DNA from: Candidatus Poribacteria bacterium
GTDB taxonomy: Bacteria > Poribacteria > WGA-4E > PCPOR2b
Reading direction: 5' to 3'
Assembly: GCA_965222805.1 (NCBI GenBank)
Contig: CBDCUX010000005.1
Coordinates: 144,020 to 208,019, forward strand
DNA: 64,000 nucleotides
The notes beneath the pieces were generated by a model, which ran no database searches, was not told the origin of the DNA, and saw only the letters and a program-made list of their open reading frames with translations. A program made the translations under genes and the position numbers. Of this stretch, positions 19,501 through 29,777 are shown piece after piece (positions within the stretch are counted from its first letter, which is position 1; each line of letters begins with the position of its first letter).

Positions 19501-20098
19501 GTTCAAGGGCAAGATCGAATAGGATGTCAATGTGGGCGCGGTGGGGGTCCTTGAAATCAATATCCTTGATGAGGGTGACTTTTTTGAGGATATCGCGGGA
19601 TGGGTCGGCGGCGTGCAAACGGCGATTGATAATCGACAACGTGAGCGTCTCACCGTGCTGAAAGAGCAGCATCGCGGGCATCATGAACAATTTGTTGATT
19701 TCGCGGGTGATTTGTGACAGTTGGGTGCGGTTGTAATTGCTGCCTTTCAGCCGGAGCGCGAAGAAAAGGTAGGACTGGATAATGGTCTTATCCACCTGCG
19801 TCTGGCTGGGATCGAAAAGTAATCCGGTTGTCTCTGTGAGCGTCAGGTCATCGCCGCTGAGTTGGAAAAGCAGGGCAATGGAGGTCCACTCTGCTGTCAA
19901 TGCCCTATCGTGATTTAGTTTGCCTTGCGAATCGTACGCGGCGATAAACGTCTCGGCGGTGTTCGATTCAAGGGTTAGGGTCCTTTCACTCCGATAGCCG
20001 AGTGTGTTGAGTAGGTTCCGGCCGTTTTCGACGAGGTCCCTCGTGGTGAAGCGGTTTAGGGCTTCCTTGATGGCGACTTTGTGTTGTGGGGCGTTCAT
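16499..20098 (-). CDS. Type IIG-like (Eco57I/TaqI-C) restriction-modification adenine methyltransferase
   Basis: GSYYTP, motif I LDPAVGSGAF, motif IV GNPPYV, C-terminal TaqI-like TRD (LGLLNS...IPIP...LYDLTPEEI); start MNAPQHK after GAGGGAG. Confidence 0.9.
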   Translation of the reverse strand: MNAPQHKVAIKEALNRFTTRDLVENGRNLLNTLGYRSERTLTLESNTAETFIAAYDSQGKLNHDRALTAEWTSIALLFQLSGDDLTLTETTGLLFDPSQTQVDKTIIQSYLFFALRLKGSNYNRTQLSQITREINKLFMMPAMLLFQHGETLTLSIINRRLHAADPSRDILKKVTLIKDIDFKDPHRAHIDILFDLALEPLNQTHSVHNFVELHRAWEKTLDTEELNKKFYRELFTWFEWAVVEGKFPTDKNRSLDPEEHVIRLITRLLFVWFIKEKGLIADELFNEAQIAPLLKDYDRDSGDSYYRAVLQNLFFATLNTEIGKRGFSEGGNPRHRNFSLYRYKDQITDPDTLLTLFQQTPFINGGLFDCLDSEEATREGGYRIDCFSDVHYNKLRVPNRLFFDDDQGLIPLLQHYKFTVEENTPIEQEVALDPELLGKVFENLLAAYNPETGATARKQTGSYYTPRPIVDYMVEEALVAALAAQVSPTDGDTKFWAERLRYLFDYAKVFDDASEFFDSREADEVVRTISELKILDPAVGSGAFPMGVLHKLTLALRRLDPANTRWAQLQKERAIQRAAAAFDTKDRRTRDEELREISRIFENYSGDFGRKLYLIQNSIFGLDIQSIACQIAKLRFFISLAIEQEPDRTADNFGIKPLPNLETRFIAANTLIGLEGERTLTSPKAKDLEMELGDNRERHFHATTRPQKLACKRADKKLRRALATELKHIGMPPDDANKVAAWDPYDQNASADWFDPEWMFGIVDGFDVVVGNPPYVRQEKIRHLKPALKNQYDCYTGTADLYVYFYERGFQMLRNNGVLTYISSNKYFRSAYGKKLRDFLARQSTLSQLIDFGDAPVFTSIAYPSIITTSKAHAQDNYLRALNWEPGPSIDEFGTIFQTKGFTMPQNALTVDGWRLTSPAVLSLLEKLRNAGKPLEEYINGRFYSGIKTGLNEAFVVDKETQDKLIAEHPSSSGVLKPFLRGGDVKRWQVNFAEQYLIKIESSENRAHPWSEKTMTEAEDIFANTYPAIHAYFEPFRKQLIQRYDQGKYFWELRSCAYWEEFQQPKIVYPDIAQGTEFAFDDSGYFLGNTSYLLPTKEMWILGLLNSKAVFWFYTKTSTQIRGGFVRFIAQYVSQIPIPPIKPAQKASISKLVNQILATKRTNPDADVSDLENEIDQIVYLLYDLTPEEIAIVEEAATV

Positions 20099-20115
20099 TG
20101 AAAAACTCCCTCGGC

Positions 20116-21123
20116 TCATTTCAACTGTTTCATAATCGCACGATTTATCGCCCACGCACCGGCTGACGTATTAGAGATCACTGTTATGACTGAATCCTTT
20201 GCAGGGCATGTGCTCCTGAAAGAAACGCCAGCATCCCATCCGATGAGATAGTGAACTGGATCTACCCCCTCCTCATGGTAAATCCAGATACCGTGACCAT
20301 AAAATCTATTATCTTTGTCTTTGACTGCCTTTTCTAAAAATAGCTGTGTCAACTGTTTAGAAAGGACTTTTCCCTGAAAAAAGGCCCTCCACAACTTGTC
20401 CAGATCTTTTGCCGTTGTGAAAGCCCCTCCATCAGATGATCCGACAATTGGTAAGTTGAAAATGTTGGTTCTCCATCCTTCTTCCCCGTCAATATATCCG
20501 AAAGCCGTGCGTTCCGGCAAACGGTTCATAGCAAAAAATCCCGAATCATTCATGTCACATAATTCAAAGATATTTTCTTGTATAAAATCGGTGTAAGGAA
20601 TCCCGGAGATTTCCTCAATGACGATTCCTAATAGAATAAATCCTCCGTTTGAGTAGGAAAACCTGTCCCCTGGGTTAAACTTCATTCTCCCATCACGAAA
20701 TAGCGGTATGTAATCCTTGAGACCTTTTAGTTCAAAACAGGGTATATCCAATTGAAAATTATCGACATCCTCAACAAGTTCCTCATCATAATAGTCATAA
20801 ACCCCAGAGGTATGGGTTAAGAGATGGTGGATAGTGACATCTTCTGATATATTCGGAAAATCAATATTTACACAGTCACACAGCCTTGAAGCTAAAGAGA
20901 GTTGGTCACGGTCAATCAGTTTTCCTATTCCGAGCGCAGTCAAGAACTTGGCTCCTGACGCTATTCCAAAACGGGTATCAACCGTATTCGGGATTTTATT
21001 GCTCCTATCCGCATAGCCGTAGGCATTTTCAAATTCTATGTTTCCATCGAGCTTGACGAAAATCACGCCTGAAAAACTAGTTTCACCGACGGTTTGCTCT
21101 ATCACCTGATTTAACCGGCTCAT
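20116..21123 (-). CDS. Serine hydrolase, beta-lactamase class C-like family
   Basis: SxxK (ASGAK), LLTHTSG, YSN. Confidence 0.9.
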   Translation of the reverse strand: MSRLNQVIEQTVGETSFSGVIFVKLDGNIEFENAYGYADRSNKIPNTVDTRFGIASGAKFLTALGIGKLIDRDQLSLASRLCDCVNIDFPNISEDVTIHHLLTHTSGVYDYYDEELVEDVDNFQLDIPCFELKGLKDYIPLFRDGRMKFNPGDRFSYSNGGFILLGIVIEEISGIPYTDFIQENIFELCDMNDSGFFAMNRLPERTAFGYIDGEEGWRTNIFNLPIVGSSDGGAFTTAKDLDKLWRAFFQGKVLSKQLTQLFLEKAVKDKDNRFYGHGIWIYHEEGVDPVHYLIGWDAGVSFRSTCPAKDSVITVISNTSAGAWAINRAIMKQLK

Positions 21124-21125
21124 CC

Positions 21126-22286
21126 TTATACCTGCGACTGTTCCACTGGACGCCAGCGGATAGCGTAAAAGTCGGTATTGTGCCGCACCGCTTCCCAGCT
21201 GTTGCCTGCCTGACTAGAGCCAACCACAGACAGGATGCAGTCATCCTCAAGCGTGACACTGCCAGCGTAACTACCGGTGAATGTGGTATAGTCGAGATAG
21301 TACACCTCGTCTTCCCATGTGCTGCCCTCATCACGACTAATCATCGCCCGGCTGCCCGGCGGTCCGGGACCGTAGCGCGTGTCGTGAACCACAATCACAG
21401 TGCCATCGCTCAACGCTACGGGATCGCCGCGCGTTTGCCCGAACACCGTTGCGAGTTGACGAAAGTCCCTCCATGTGCGCCCCCAATCATCTGACTCAAC
21501 GACGCACACATGCTTATAGGGCCAACCGGGATTCGCGCTGCCAGTTCGCTGCTCTAGATCGGGCGGATCGCCGGGCAGCATGGGTCGCTGGTAGCGTTGC
21601 GCCGCAACCAGTTTGCCCGACGGGGTCAGTGTAACACCGCCTTCGCTCGCCCAATCATGCACACGGGCTGGATCCGTCCATGTCTGGCCGCCATCAGTTG
21701 AGCGATACACAAACAGGTCACCCGCACCCGATTTGTACACCAGCTTCGGCCCCTCCTGCTCAAAGACATGGTTCACATGACCAATCGCCACTAACAATGT
21801 TTCATCCGGTAGACGAAAAATCCACGACCCACCGCCCCAGTGTCCCGGCGGGTTCGGCACTTCCCCAATTTTTCGCCATGTCCGTCCCTCGTCCACCGAC
21901 GAGTGGATAACCACCTTCGTGTTCGGATGCTCGCCTTCACCGCCTAAGCCGATAAACGTACCGTCCTTGAGGACTTCAAAAACCCCACGGAAGGAACCCT
22001 TATCATGCGCTGTCCACCCCCTGCCTCCATCGCTGCTTTTGCAGATGATGTTGCCGAGGTTGGCGTATACGGTGCCGTCAGACCCTTTGACAAGTTGAAT
22101 CGCTTGCGGATTCGTCTCCCGATCCGGTGGCAGCAGGACCTTTTCGACCGGAACTTCGCTCAATCTTCCATCACAAGCATGGAGAATATAGGAACTGTGG
22201 TGCATCTTTTGGAGCACATCGGCGGAAGGAACATCTACGCCGCCGAGGCGAGCAGTCTTCAGGTTCGGTTCAACCATAAGGGGCAT
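21126..22286 (-). CDS. Sialidase-like / BNR (Asp-box) repeat protein
   Basis: Five SxDxGxTW Asp-boxes; start uncertain (could extend to 22361). Confidence 0.8.
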   Translation of the reverse strand: MPLMVEPNLKTARLGGVDVPSADVLQKMHHSSYILHACDGRLSEVPVEKVLLPPDRETNPQAIQLVKGSDGTVYANLGNIICKSSDGGRGWTAHDKGSFRGVFEVLKDGTFIGLGGEGEHPNTKVVIHSSVDEGRTWRKIGEVPNPPGHWGGGSWIFRLPDETLLVAIGHVNHVFEQEGPKLVYKSGAGDLFVYRSTDGGQTWTDPARVHDWASEGGVTLTPSGKLVAAQRYQRPMLPGDPPDLEQRTGSANPGWPYKHVCVVESDDWGRTWRDFRQLATVFGQTRGDPVALSDGTVIVVHDTRYGPGPPGSRAMISRDEGSTWEDEVYYLDYTTFTGSYAGSVTLEDDCILSVVGSSQAGNSWEAVRHNTDFYAIRWRPVEQSQV

Positions 22287-22534
22287 CAGCTTTCTCGCTT
22301 TCTGCGTACGTGGGAATGGCAGAAATCGATAAAATATATCACGAGCCATAAACAGCGTCAAGCGTTAAATCTACCTTTGGCGGGGGATAATGGCACACCG
22401 CCGGAAGAAACGCCGGCTTTTTGCATTTGACGGCGTTCCGGGTGCGTGATACAGTATCGCCGAAACAGACGAAGGTAACGCAACTCTTGAGGACTAATCC
22501 CTTGAACGTATCCAGTAGACCGAGGTGAAAAACA

Positions 22535-23746
22535 ATGATGCCTAAACTCCGCATTGCTGTCATCGGCGTGGGAGCCGATCGCGGTTCCCGCGCGCGTCAG
22601 TATCTGGAAACAATCACACGTTTGACCGATCACTACGAACTCGCTGCCATCTGCGACCGCAATCCCAAGGTGCTTCAGGAGGTGGCAACCCAATACGGGG
22701 TAAAGGCGCACTACGAAAGTGTGACTGCCCTTTTTGACACCGAAAAGCCAGATGTCATACTCAGTTTAGCACCGAAGGATTCCCATATTGTCATTGCTCT
22801 CACTGCAGCGCGGCACGGCGCACATATCATCACAGAAATACCAGTGGCGTTGACACGACGTTACGCCGCAGCAACTGCCGAAACGTGCCGGTCAACAGGG
22901 GTGCTGTGGGAGGTGGCAGAGCAGGTCTGGCTCTGGCCCAACGAGCGTCTCAAGAGACAGATCATCGAAGCTGGAGGCATCGGTAAACTTACCCATGCCC
23001 GGCTGTGGTACTTAACCGGACAGTATCACGGTTTCAATGGTATTCGGTCGCTGTTGGGGGCAAGAGCAACCCGCGTCCTCGGTTACTGCGGCGAGGTGGA
23101 AACCGAACCCTACATCGCCTACGGCGGAGAACCAGAGTCAACAATAAAATGGGAACACGCGGTGATTGAGTTTGATAACGGCGTGACCTGTCTGTTTGAA
23201 AAACCGCCGCGCGCCTTTCCATTGCGGGAACAGACCTTTTCAACGGGCTGGCAGGTCGAGGGTACAAAGGGGCACTTCGATCGAAACCGGCTCACAATAT
23301 ACGGAGAAACGCAACCCCACGAAATTACAGAGCGGTACACTGAGACGGAGGGAGAACGTATACTTGACACGCTCCGGGTGGACACTATCCCGCCGGTGGT
23401 CTGGGAAAATCCATTCAAATCGTATCGAATCGGTTCACCGGATGACGTTGCTAAGGCAAGCATCCTCATCAGCTTTCACCATGCAATTACGCACGGCGGA
23501 AGGCCGCAGTACGGTGTCGAAAACGCGCTACACGATTGGGAAATCTGTCTTGCCATCCGCGAAAGCGACCGTTTGGGAAATACCTGGGTGACGCTACCCT
23601 TGAGCAGTCCGACCGAGTTAGAGAGCCAGATTGAGATGGAATTTATCCGACGCTACGGACATGATCCAGTTGAGGAGACCGAAGCACTTCTGGACACCCC
23701 TTTTAGCCGATCAGCCACACTCTGGCCCTTCGCACATTGGCTTTGA
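22535..23746 (+). CDS. Gfo/Idh/MocA family oxidoreductase
   Basis: Rossmann start LRIAVIGVG, AICD, EIP in place of EKP. Confidence 0.85.
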   Translation: MMPKLRIAVIGVGADRGSRARQYLETITRLTDHYELAAICDRNPKVLQEVATQYGVKAHYESVTALFDTEKPDVILSLAPKDSHIVIALTAARHGAHIITEIPVALTRRYAAATAETCRSTGVLWEVAEQVWLWPNERLKRQIIEAGGIGKLTHARLWYLTGQYHGFNGIRSLLGARATRVLGYCGEVETEPYIAYGGEPESTIKWEHAVIEFDNGVTCLFEKPPRAFPLREQTFSTGWQVEGTKGHFDRNRLTIYGETQPHEITERYTETEGERILDTLRVDTIPPVVWENPFKSYRIGSPDDVAKASILISFHHAITHGGRPQYGVENALHDWEICLAIRESDRLGNTWVTLPLSSPTELESQIEMEFIRRYGHDPVEETEALLDTPFSRSATLWPFAHWL

Positions 23747-23783
23747 ATTGTTAGGAAAACCGAGAAAGATCGAAAACCGATTC

Positions 23784-25187
23784 TCAAAGGTTCGGATATC
23801 TGTTGTGCCACTCGGTTGCCCTTTCATAGGTGTGACCAATCCGGCACAACAACGGTTCTGTCAGGTGCTTGCCCACCCACTGAACGCTTAGAGGAAGCCC
23901 TTCGCTGTTAAATCCACACGGCACCGATAATGTTGGCGCCCCGTTGTAATCGAACGGCACGGTGAACCGTTGGAATTTCGGTTCTCGGCTCTCTGACATC
24001 CGACCATATAACTCCTCTGGCTTGACCGGGTGCGGTGGTGCGGCTGTTGAAGGACAGACCAGTGCATCGATTCCCTCAAACACGCGACGGAGATGCCCCG
24101 TGCAGGCGGCGCGTAAGTTATTGGCTTTGGCATATTCCGCCCCCGTCACCTTCGCTCCCTTATCAAGCCAACCTCGAAACCAGGGACCATAGTCATCTCT
24201 TCGGGAGGGGTAGGTCGCCTCGTGGGCGGCGCCCGCTTCAGCGGAACATAAAGTTGGCCATGCGGCGACATATGGGTCCATATCCGGCAGCTGTACCTCG
24301 ACAATCTCAGCCCCCAAATCTTCCAGAACCTTTACGCCAGCGAGCACTGCCTCTGCAAGCTCAGGGTCAATATCTTTGGTAGCATATTGCAAGTCGAACC
24401 CGATACGCACACCTGCTACACCCTTGTCTATATCCTCAAGCATGTTTGGCACAGGGGCAGACAGGGACGTGGGATCGTTGGGGTCGAAACCGGAGATAGC
24501 TTCAAGCACGATGCCTGCATCGGCAGCACTTCGCGTCAGCGGACCAACATGGTCGAGCGATTCAGCCAAAGCCAACACACCGTAGCGACTGACTCGTCCC
24601 CATGTCGGTTTGAGACCCACCGTACCACATGCTGCAGCAGGGAAGCGAATCGAACCACCGGTATCGCTGCCCAGCGAGCCGAAGCACAGACCAGCCGCTG
24701 TCGCAACCCCGGACCCACTGGATGAGGCGCCCGCCCACCGTTCCGCGTCCCATGGGTTGATAGGAATCTGGAGTTTAGGATTGTAGCCGCCCATCGCACC
24801 TTCCGTAAGATTGAGTTTGCCTAGCAGCACTGCGCCGGCTGATTCCAGCTTTGCAACGACAGTGGAATCAAAGTGAGGGACGTGCTCGGCGAGTGCATGT
24901 GTCCCGCCCATCGTGTGAACACCCGTAGTGAAACACAGATCTTTTACCGCTATTGGGACGCCATGGAGTAACCCACGATATGTGCCAGATGTGATCTCTG
25001 CTTCAGCCTTCTCAGCCTCCATCATTGCGTGATCTACCATGACCGTGGCATAGCTTTTGAGGCGGCTATCGAGTTGGCCAATCCGATCCAGTATTGCAGT
25101 GGTAACCTCCACAGGCGATACATGTTTCTCTCGTATTAGTTCGGATACCTCAGTAATCGTTTTGAAATGAAGTGGTATTTCGCTCAT
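23784..25187 (-). CDS. Amidase signature family protein
   Basis: LHGVPIAVKD, GASSSGSG, GSDTGGSIRFPAA, GLKPTWGRVS. Confidence 0.95.
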   Translation of the reverse strand: MSEIPLHFKTITEVSELIREKHVSPVEVTTAILDRIGQLDSRLKSYATVMVDHAMMEAEKAEAEITSGTYRGLLHGVPIAVKDLCFTTGVHTMGGTHALAEHVPHFDSTVVAKLESAGAVLLGKLNLTEGAMGGYNPKLQIPINPWDAERWAGASSSGSGVATAAGLCFGSLGSDTGGSIRFPAAACGTVGLKPTWGRVSRYGVLALAESLDHVGPLTRSAADAGIVLEAISGFDPNDPTSLSAPVPNMLEDIDKGVAGVRIGFDLQYATKDIDPELAEAVLAGVKVLEDLGAEIVEVQLPDMDPYVAAWPTLCSAEAGAAHEATYPSRRDDYGPWFRGWLDKGAKVTGAEYAKANNLRAACTGHLRRVFEGIDALVCPSTAAPPHPVKPEELYGRMSESREPKFQRFTVPFDYNGAPTLSVPCGFNSEGLPLSVQWVGKHLTEPLLCRIGHTYERATEWHNRYPNL

Positions 25188-25284
25188 TTTTTTGCTCCTA
25201 ACAAAAGTCCGTCCCCAGATCTTCCCTTGTGCAACCTCCGATTAAAAATCAAAGGCTGAGTTGTAATGATTGGTGTCTACACAC

Positions 25285-26406
25285 TCATTCGGGACCCACA
25301 ACAGGACCGGTGACGAGTTCGTTGAAAATCTCGAAGGAGGGTAAGCCTTCCGGGGTCACGACACCACAGGCAATATAAGTATCGGCATCCCCAGCAACAA
25401 GACTGCCATTTCCACCACCGTGACTCCGTACCCATTCAGAATCAATCAACCTTTCACCCTCCCATATGCCGCCTGTAGCAACCAATAAACCAAAGCGGGC
25501 GAGATCTTCCGCATTCATAATAACCCAACCACCACCGCCCCGAACTACATGGCCATTAATCTCATACGGCGGGTCGAGGAAGTCGCCGTATCCCGGCATA
25601 TGAGGATAGAAATCTTTGTTCTCGTATATGACCCGTCCGGGTATCCAGTCCCATCCGTCTGCACGAATACCGATTTTACTGAATAGCCTTTCATCCAGCA
25701 CCTGTTTGAGGTCCTGATCCCAAAGGACGGTCAGTGCCTGACTGAGACGCCAGATACCACCGCTGCTGTAGATGCCGACAGTGCCCGGTTCAGCGTGGGC
25801 ATAGTTGTCGTAGGAGGGGTCGCCAGTCCACTTTGCCCATTCGGGAACGGAGCTTCCCTTGTCTACTGCCGAGTTGCTAGGCGCGTAAAATCCTTGTCCC
25901 CAGGACGTTTTGCCGTGCGCGTAGGCAGCTCTGCGCCAGTAAAATCCATTGGTGACGGGGAAACCGCCGTAATGGACCTTACCGTCTTTTGGTCCGATGA
26001 GGTGGTTCCAGGTGAGTGTCCGGTGGTGCTGCTGGTCCAACTGTTTGTGCGGATGCGAGAGCTGATTCCCACCTGTCCAGGTTTTCCATATCACATCGTC
26101 CGGCTGGATCAAGCCTGCCTCCACAGCAAGTCCAACCAGTGCACGACCGAATGCCTTGCCGACGGACGCTGTTTGGTATTTGTAGGTCGGATTTCCCCAA
26201 GCCCATACCAAGTAACCACCCCGGGTAAGAACTGCCCCCCATTCTTTCTCCTCGTGAACTTCTCCCTCCCACTTCGCGCCTTTAATTTCGGTATTACCAA
26301 CAATTGAGTTGAATTTCTCCGCATCAAAACCGGCTTGAACGGGTGTAATCTGCACCCACTTTTCCTGTGGATAGACCACCCAGTCAGGAATTTCCGTTTT
26401 GTTCAT
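25285..26406 (-). CDS. Serine hydrolase-like (beta-lactamase fold) protein
   Basis: ASVGK, YSS, DLARFGLL...GIWEGERLI. Confidence 0.75.
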   Translation of the reverse strand: MNKTEIPDWVVYPQEKWVQITPVQAGFDAEKFNSIVGNTEIKGAKWEGEVHEEKEWGAVLTRGGYLVWAWGNPTYKYQTASVGKAFGRALVGLAVEAGLIQPDDVIWKTWTGGNQLSHPHKQLDQQHHRTLTWNHLIGPKDGKVHYGGFPVTNGFYWRRAAYAHGKTSWGQGFYAPSNSAVDKGSSVPEWAKWTGDPSYDNYAHAEPGTVGIYSSGGIWRLSQALTVLWDQDLKQVLDERLFSKIGIRADGWDWIPGRVIYENKDFYPHMPGYGDFLDPPYEINGHVVRGGGGWVIMNAEDLARFGLLVATGGIWEGERLIDSEWVRSHGGGNGSLVAGDADTYIACGVVTPEGLPSFEIFNELVTGPVVGPE

Positions 26407-26827
26407 GGGTTTCTCCTCTTCACAGTTTGGCATCATGGGTTTGCCCGGAAAACGAGCACCTCCCTGTGCAGTCGCTCGTTATTTATCTTGTCCCTTCCTC
26501 ATAACCCCTTGCCTACGCCATGTTGTGAATGCTCAAATCACACGCGAATTTTACACGAAAATTGGAGGAATTACGAGAAAAAAAATGGTGGGGAGATAGT
26601 TTGGGAGCACGATCATTTTGCAGAATGTGTCAGTCGATGTTTATCTTGCTTGCCTTTTTTACCAATGCTATAATTAGGTTCGTAGTCGAACGATTCAACC
26701 CCTGTTTGCCCAAGGTAAGCATGAACTAACCGATTACAAACCTTATCATCATATCAGAGCATTGTGTGCTACCATACAATGCGTGATCAACCCAGCTGAT
26801 GTCAATTGGAAAGGCGCGGTGTGTCGC

Positions 26828-27496
26828 ATGAAAAATTTCACTGACATACTCAGATCGCAAGCTGCCTCGATCTGGGAGGCAGAGCTCAAGCACCCGTTTG
26901 TACTTGGTATTGCGGACGGCAGTCTGCCAAAGGAAAAGTTCAAATACTATCTCTGTCAGGATTACCTCTTCTTGTTAGATTATAGCAAAGTCTTTGCTCA
27001 TGGTGTGGTTAAATCGCCGGACGAAGCGACAATGGCAAAGTTTGCCCAACTCCTGAACGAAACGCTGAACACCGAAATGGATCTCCATCGTGGTTACAGC
27101 GAAAAATTCGGTATCTCTCCTGCCGAGATGGAAGCGACGCCTATGGCACCAACAACGCACGCTTACACACGACATCTCCTTCACGTTGCACAGGTCGGTA
27201 CGCTCACGGAGCTCGTCGCAGGCGTATTGCCGTGTCAGTGGGGCTATTGGGAGGTCGCCACCAATTTGGCAGAACAGGGTAAGTCGCCGGAGCCTCTCTA
27301 TCAGGAATGGATTGAGATGTACGCCTCCGATGAGTTTGGGGCATTGGGGGAGTGGCTGCGAGACCTCTTGAATGGTCTGACGGCGGGGAGTTCCAATGAT
27401 GAAAAACAGCGATTGGAGAATTATTTCCTGACAAGTAGCCGCTACGAATACCTCTTTTGGGAAATGTCGTATAGTCAGGAGGAGTGGGAGATCTGA
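26828..27496 (+). CDS. tenA: Thiaminase II / aminopyrimidine aminohydrolase
   Basis: HPF, YLCQDY, catalytic LPCxWGY, WIEMY, EYLFWEM. Confidence 0.92.
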   Translation: MKNFTDILRSQAASIWEAELKHPFVLGIADGSLPKEKFKYYLCQDYLFLLDYSKVFAHGVVKSPDEATMAKFAQLLNETLNTEMDLHRGYSEKFGISPAEMEATPMAPTTHAYTRHLLHVAQVGTLTELVAGVLPCQWGYWEVATNLAEQGKSPEPLYQEWIEMYASDEFGALGEWLRDLLNGLTAGSSNDEKQRLENYFLTSSRYEYLFWEMSYSQEEWEI

Positions 27497-27664
27497 TGGC
27501 AATGTACTGACCTCGGTTGAACCGAGGGATAGTATCATACAGAGCGAAACCTACCAAGCGTATTTTGCGATGACTTGCGATTGAGTTTTTGGACTTGACA
27601 TGATATACTAAACGCACCGTAACAAACAAGTAATCAAAGACTTAGTCCAAAGACGGAGATATAT

Positions 27665-29743
27665 ATGCCACGGGAATATGGGATTGAACAGGTACGAAAC
27701 ATCGGCATCATGGCGCACATCGATGCCGGCAAAACAACGACCACTGAACGCATTTTGTTTTATACCGGCAAGAAGCATAAAATCGGCGATATCGACGATG
27801 GCACAACAGACATGGATTGGATGGTTCAGGAGCGGGAGCGCGGTGTAACTATCACAGCGGCGGCGACGACCTGCTTTTGGGGTGACCACGCGATTCATCT
27901 GATCGATACACCGGGGCATGTTGACTTCACTGTCGAAGTCGAACGTTCCCTCCGTGTATTGGATGGGGCAGTTGCCCTATTTTGTGCTGTCGGCGGCGTT
28001 GAGCCACAATCCGAAACGGTATGGCGTCAAGCAGAGCGTTACCATATCCCACGAATCGCTTTCGTGAACAAGATGGATCGGCTGGGTGCAAATTTCCCGC
28101 GTGTTATCGAAATGATGAAAGCGCGATTGGGAGCTAACCCGCTACTCCTGCAACTGCCAATCGGCGCGGAAAGCCAGTTTTCAGGCGTCGTGGATCTTAT
28201 CCGTATGCAAGCCCTCCGTTGGCATGAGGAGGACCAAGGGCAGACCTTTGATCTGACGCATATCCCCCCGGAGTTGGGTGCAGAAGCGGAGGAAGCACGT
28301 GAGAAATTGGTTGAAGCCGTTGCGAGCGAAGATGATACGCTCTTGGAAAAATATCTTGAGGGTGAGGAAATCACGGAAGAAGATCTTCTGGACGGGATTC
28401 GTCGGGCGACACTACAAAACAGACTCGTCCCGGTGCTATGTGGAACGGCTCTAAAGAACCAAGGCGTCCAACCGTTACTCGACGCTGTTATCAATTTCCT
28501 GCCGTCACCGATTGACGTGCCACCGATTGAGGGCATCGTCCCCGGCAAAGACCGTAAAGAGGAACGTGCGTCAACAGATGACGCGCCGTTCGCCGCGTTA
28601 GCGTTCAAAATCGCTAGAGATCCAAATGTGGCTAAGATTGTTTATTGTCGTATCTACTCTGGGACACTCCAGCGTGGAGACGTCGTTCAGAATGTAGCGA
28701 AAAACACAAAAGAGCGAGTGACGCGGATCCTGCAGGTCCATGCCAATAAGCGGGAAGCCTGTAATGAAGCCCACGCAGGAGACATTGTCGCGCTTGTTGG
28801 ATTGAAAAATACCACCACCGGGGATACGTTGACGACTGTCCCACACCCAATTCTGCTGGAATCAATGGTATTTCCGGAGCCGGTCATCTCTGTCGCTATT
28901 GAGCCGAGATCTGAGAGAGATAAAGATGCGCTTGAAGAGACGCTTAACTTCATGATGGAAGAGGATCCAACCTTTACTGTGCAAATTGACGACGAAACCG
29001 GGCAGCGGGTGATTTCAGGTATGGGAGAACTTCATCTGGAGATTTTGACAGATAGGATGCTACGCGAGTTCCGAGTCAATGCACGGGTCAGCAAACTGCA
29101 GGTTGCCTATCGTGAGACAATCAGCGAAATCGCTGAAGCCCAAGGCAAATATATTCACAAGGTTGAGGATGAGGGCATTTACGGAGATGTCATACTCAGA
29201 CTAGAACCCCTACCGAGAGGAATGGGGTTTGAATTTGCGGATGAGAGCAACGAAATAGATATCCCTCGTCAATACGTTGCCCCTATTGAACGGGCGGCAC
29301 GAGGCGCGATGTCGAATGGGATGTTAAGTGGTTTCCCTATGCAAGATATTAAAGCCGTGCTTATCGGCGGTTCATACCATGAGACGGATTCATCGGAAGC
29401 CGCATTTGAAGCCGCCACCGTTATTGCCTTTGAGAACACCGCCCGACAGGCGTCACCTGTCCTATTAGAGCCAATTATGAAAATTCAAGTGATTGCGCCA
29501 AGCGAGCATATTGGAAAGGTAATTGGTGACCTCAATTCACGCCGCGCAAAAATCCACGAAACCGGGACGGCGGGAACAGCCGAATCTATTGATGCTCATG
29601 TTCCGTTAGCGCAGATGTTCCAATATACAACGGAGCTGCGTTCGTTGACTCAAGGACGTGGACTGTTCACGATGGAGTTCTCTCATCACGACATTGCCCC
29701 CGCCAGCACACGAGATGCGGTTGTAAGCAGACCGCTATTTTAG
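27665..29743 (+). CDS. fusA: Elongation factor G paralog (outside str operon)
   Basis: [43 protein letters not shown]; no rpsL/rpsG/tuf neighbours. Confidence 0.93.
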   Translation: MPREYGIEQVRNIGIMAHIDAGKTTTTERILFYTGKKHKIGDIDDGTTDMDWMVQERERGVTITAAATTCFWGDHAIHLIDTPGHVDFTVEVERSLRVLDGAVALFCAVGGVEPQSETVWRQAERYHIPRIAFVNKMDRLGANFPRVIEMMKARLGANPLLLQLPIGAESQFSGVVDLIRMQALRWHEEDQGQTFDLTHIPPELGAEAEEAREKLVEAVASEDDTLLEKYLEGEEITEEDLLDGIRRATLQNRLVPVLCGTALKNQGVQPLLDAVINFLPSPIDVPPIEGIVPGKDRKEERASTDDAPFAALAFKIARDPNVAKIVYCRIYSGTLQRGDVVQNVAKNTKERVTRILQVHANKREACNEAHAGDIVALVGLKNTTTGDTLTTVPHPILLESMVFPEPVISVAIEPRSERDKDALEETLNFMMEEDPTFTVQIDDETGQRVISGMGELHLEILTDRMLREFRVNARVSKLQVAYRETISEIAEAQGKYIHKVEDEGIYGDVILRLEPLPRGMGFEFADESNEIDIPRQYVAPIERAARGAMSNGMLSGFPMQDIKAVLIGGSYHETDSSEAAFEAATVIAFENTARQASPVLLEPIMKIQVIAPSEHIGKVIGDLNSRRAKIHETGTAGTAESIDAHVPLAQMFQYTTELRSLTQGRGLFTMEFSHHDIAPASTRDAVVSRPLF

Positions 29744-29777
29744 CAGCCGAGCGATTAAGCGAGTGAAAGGAGCACCG

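Noticed and set aside
20116-21123. Antibiotic-resistance beta-lactamase
   Set aside because: No signal peptide and no KTG triad; generic serine hydrolase family.
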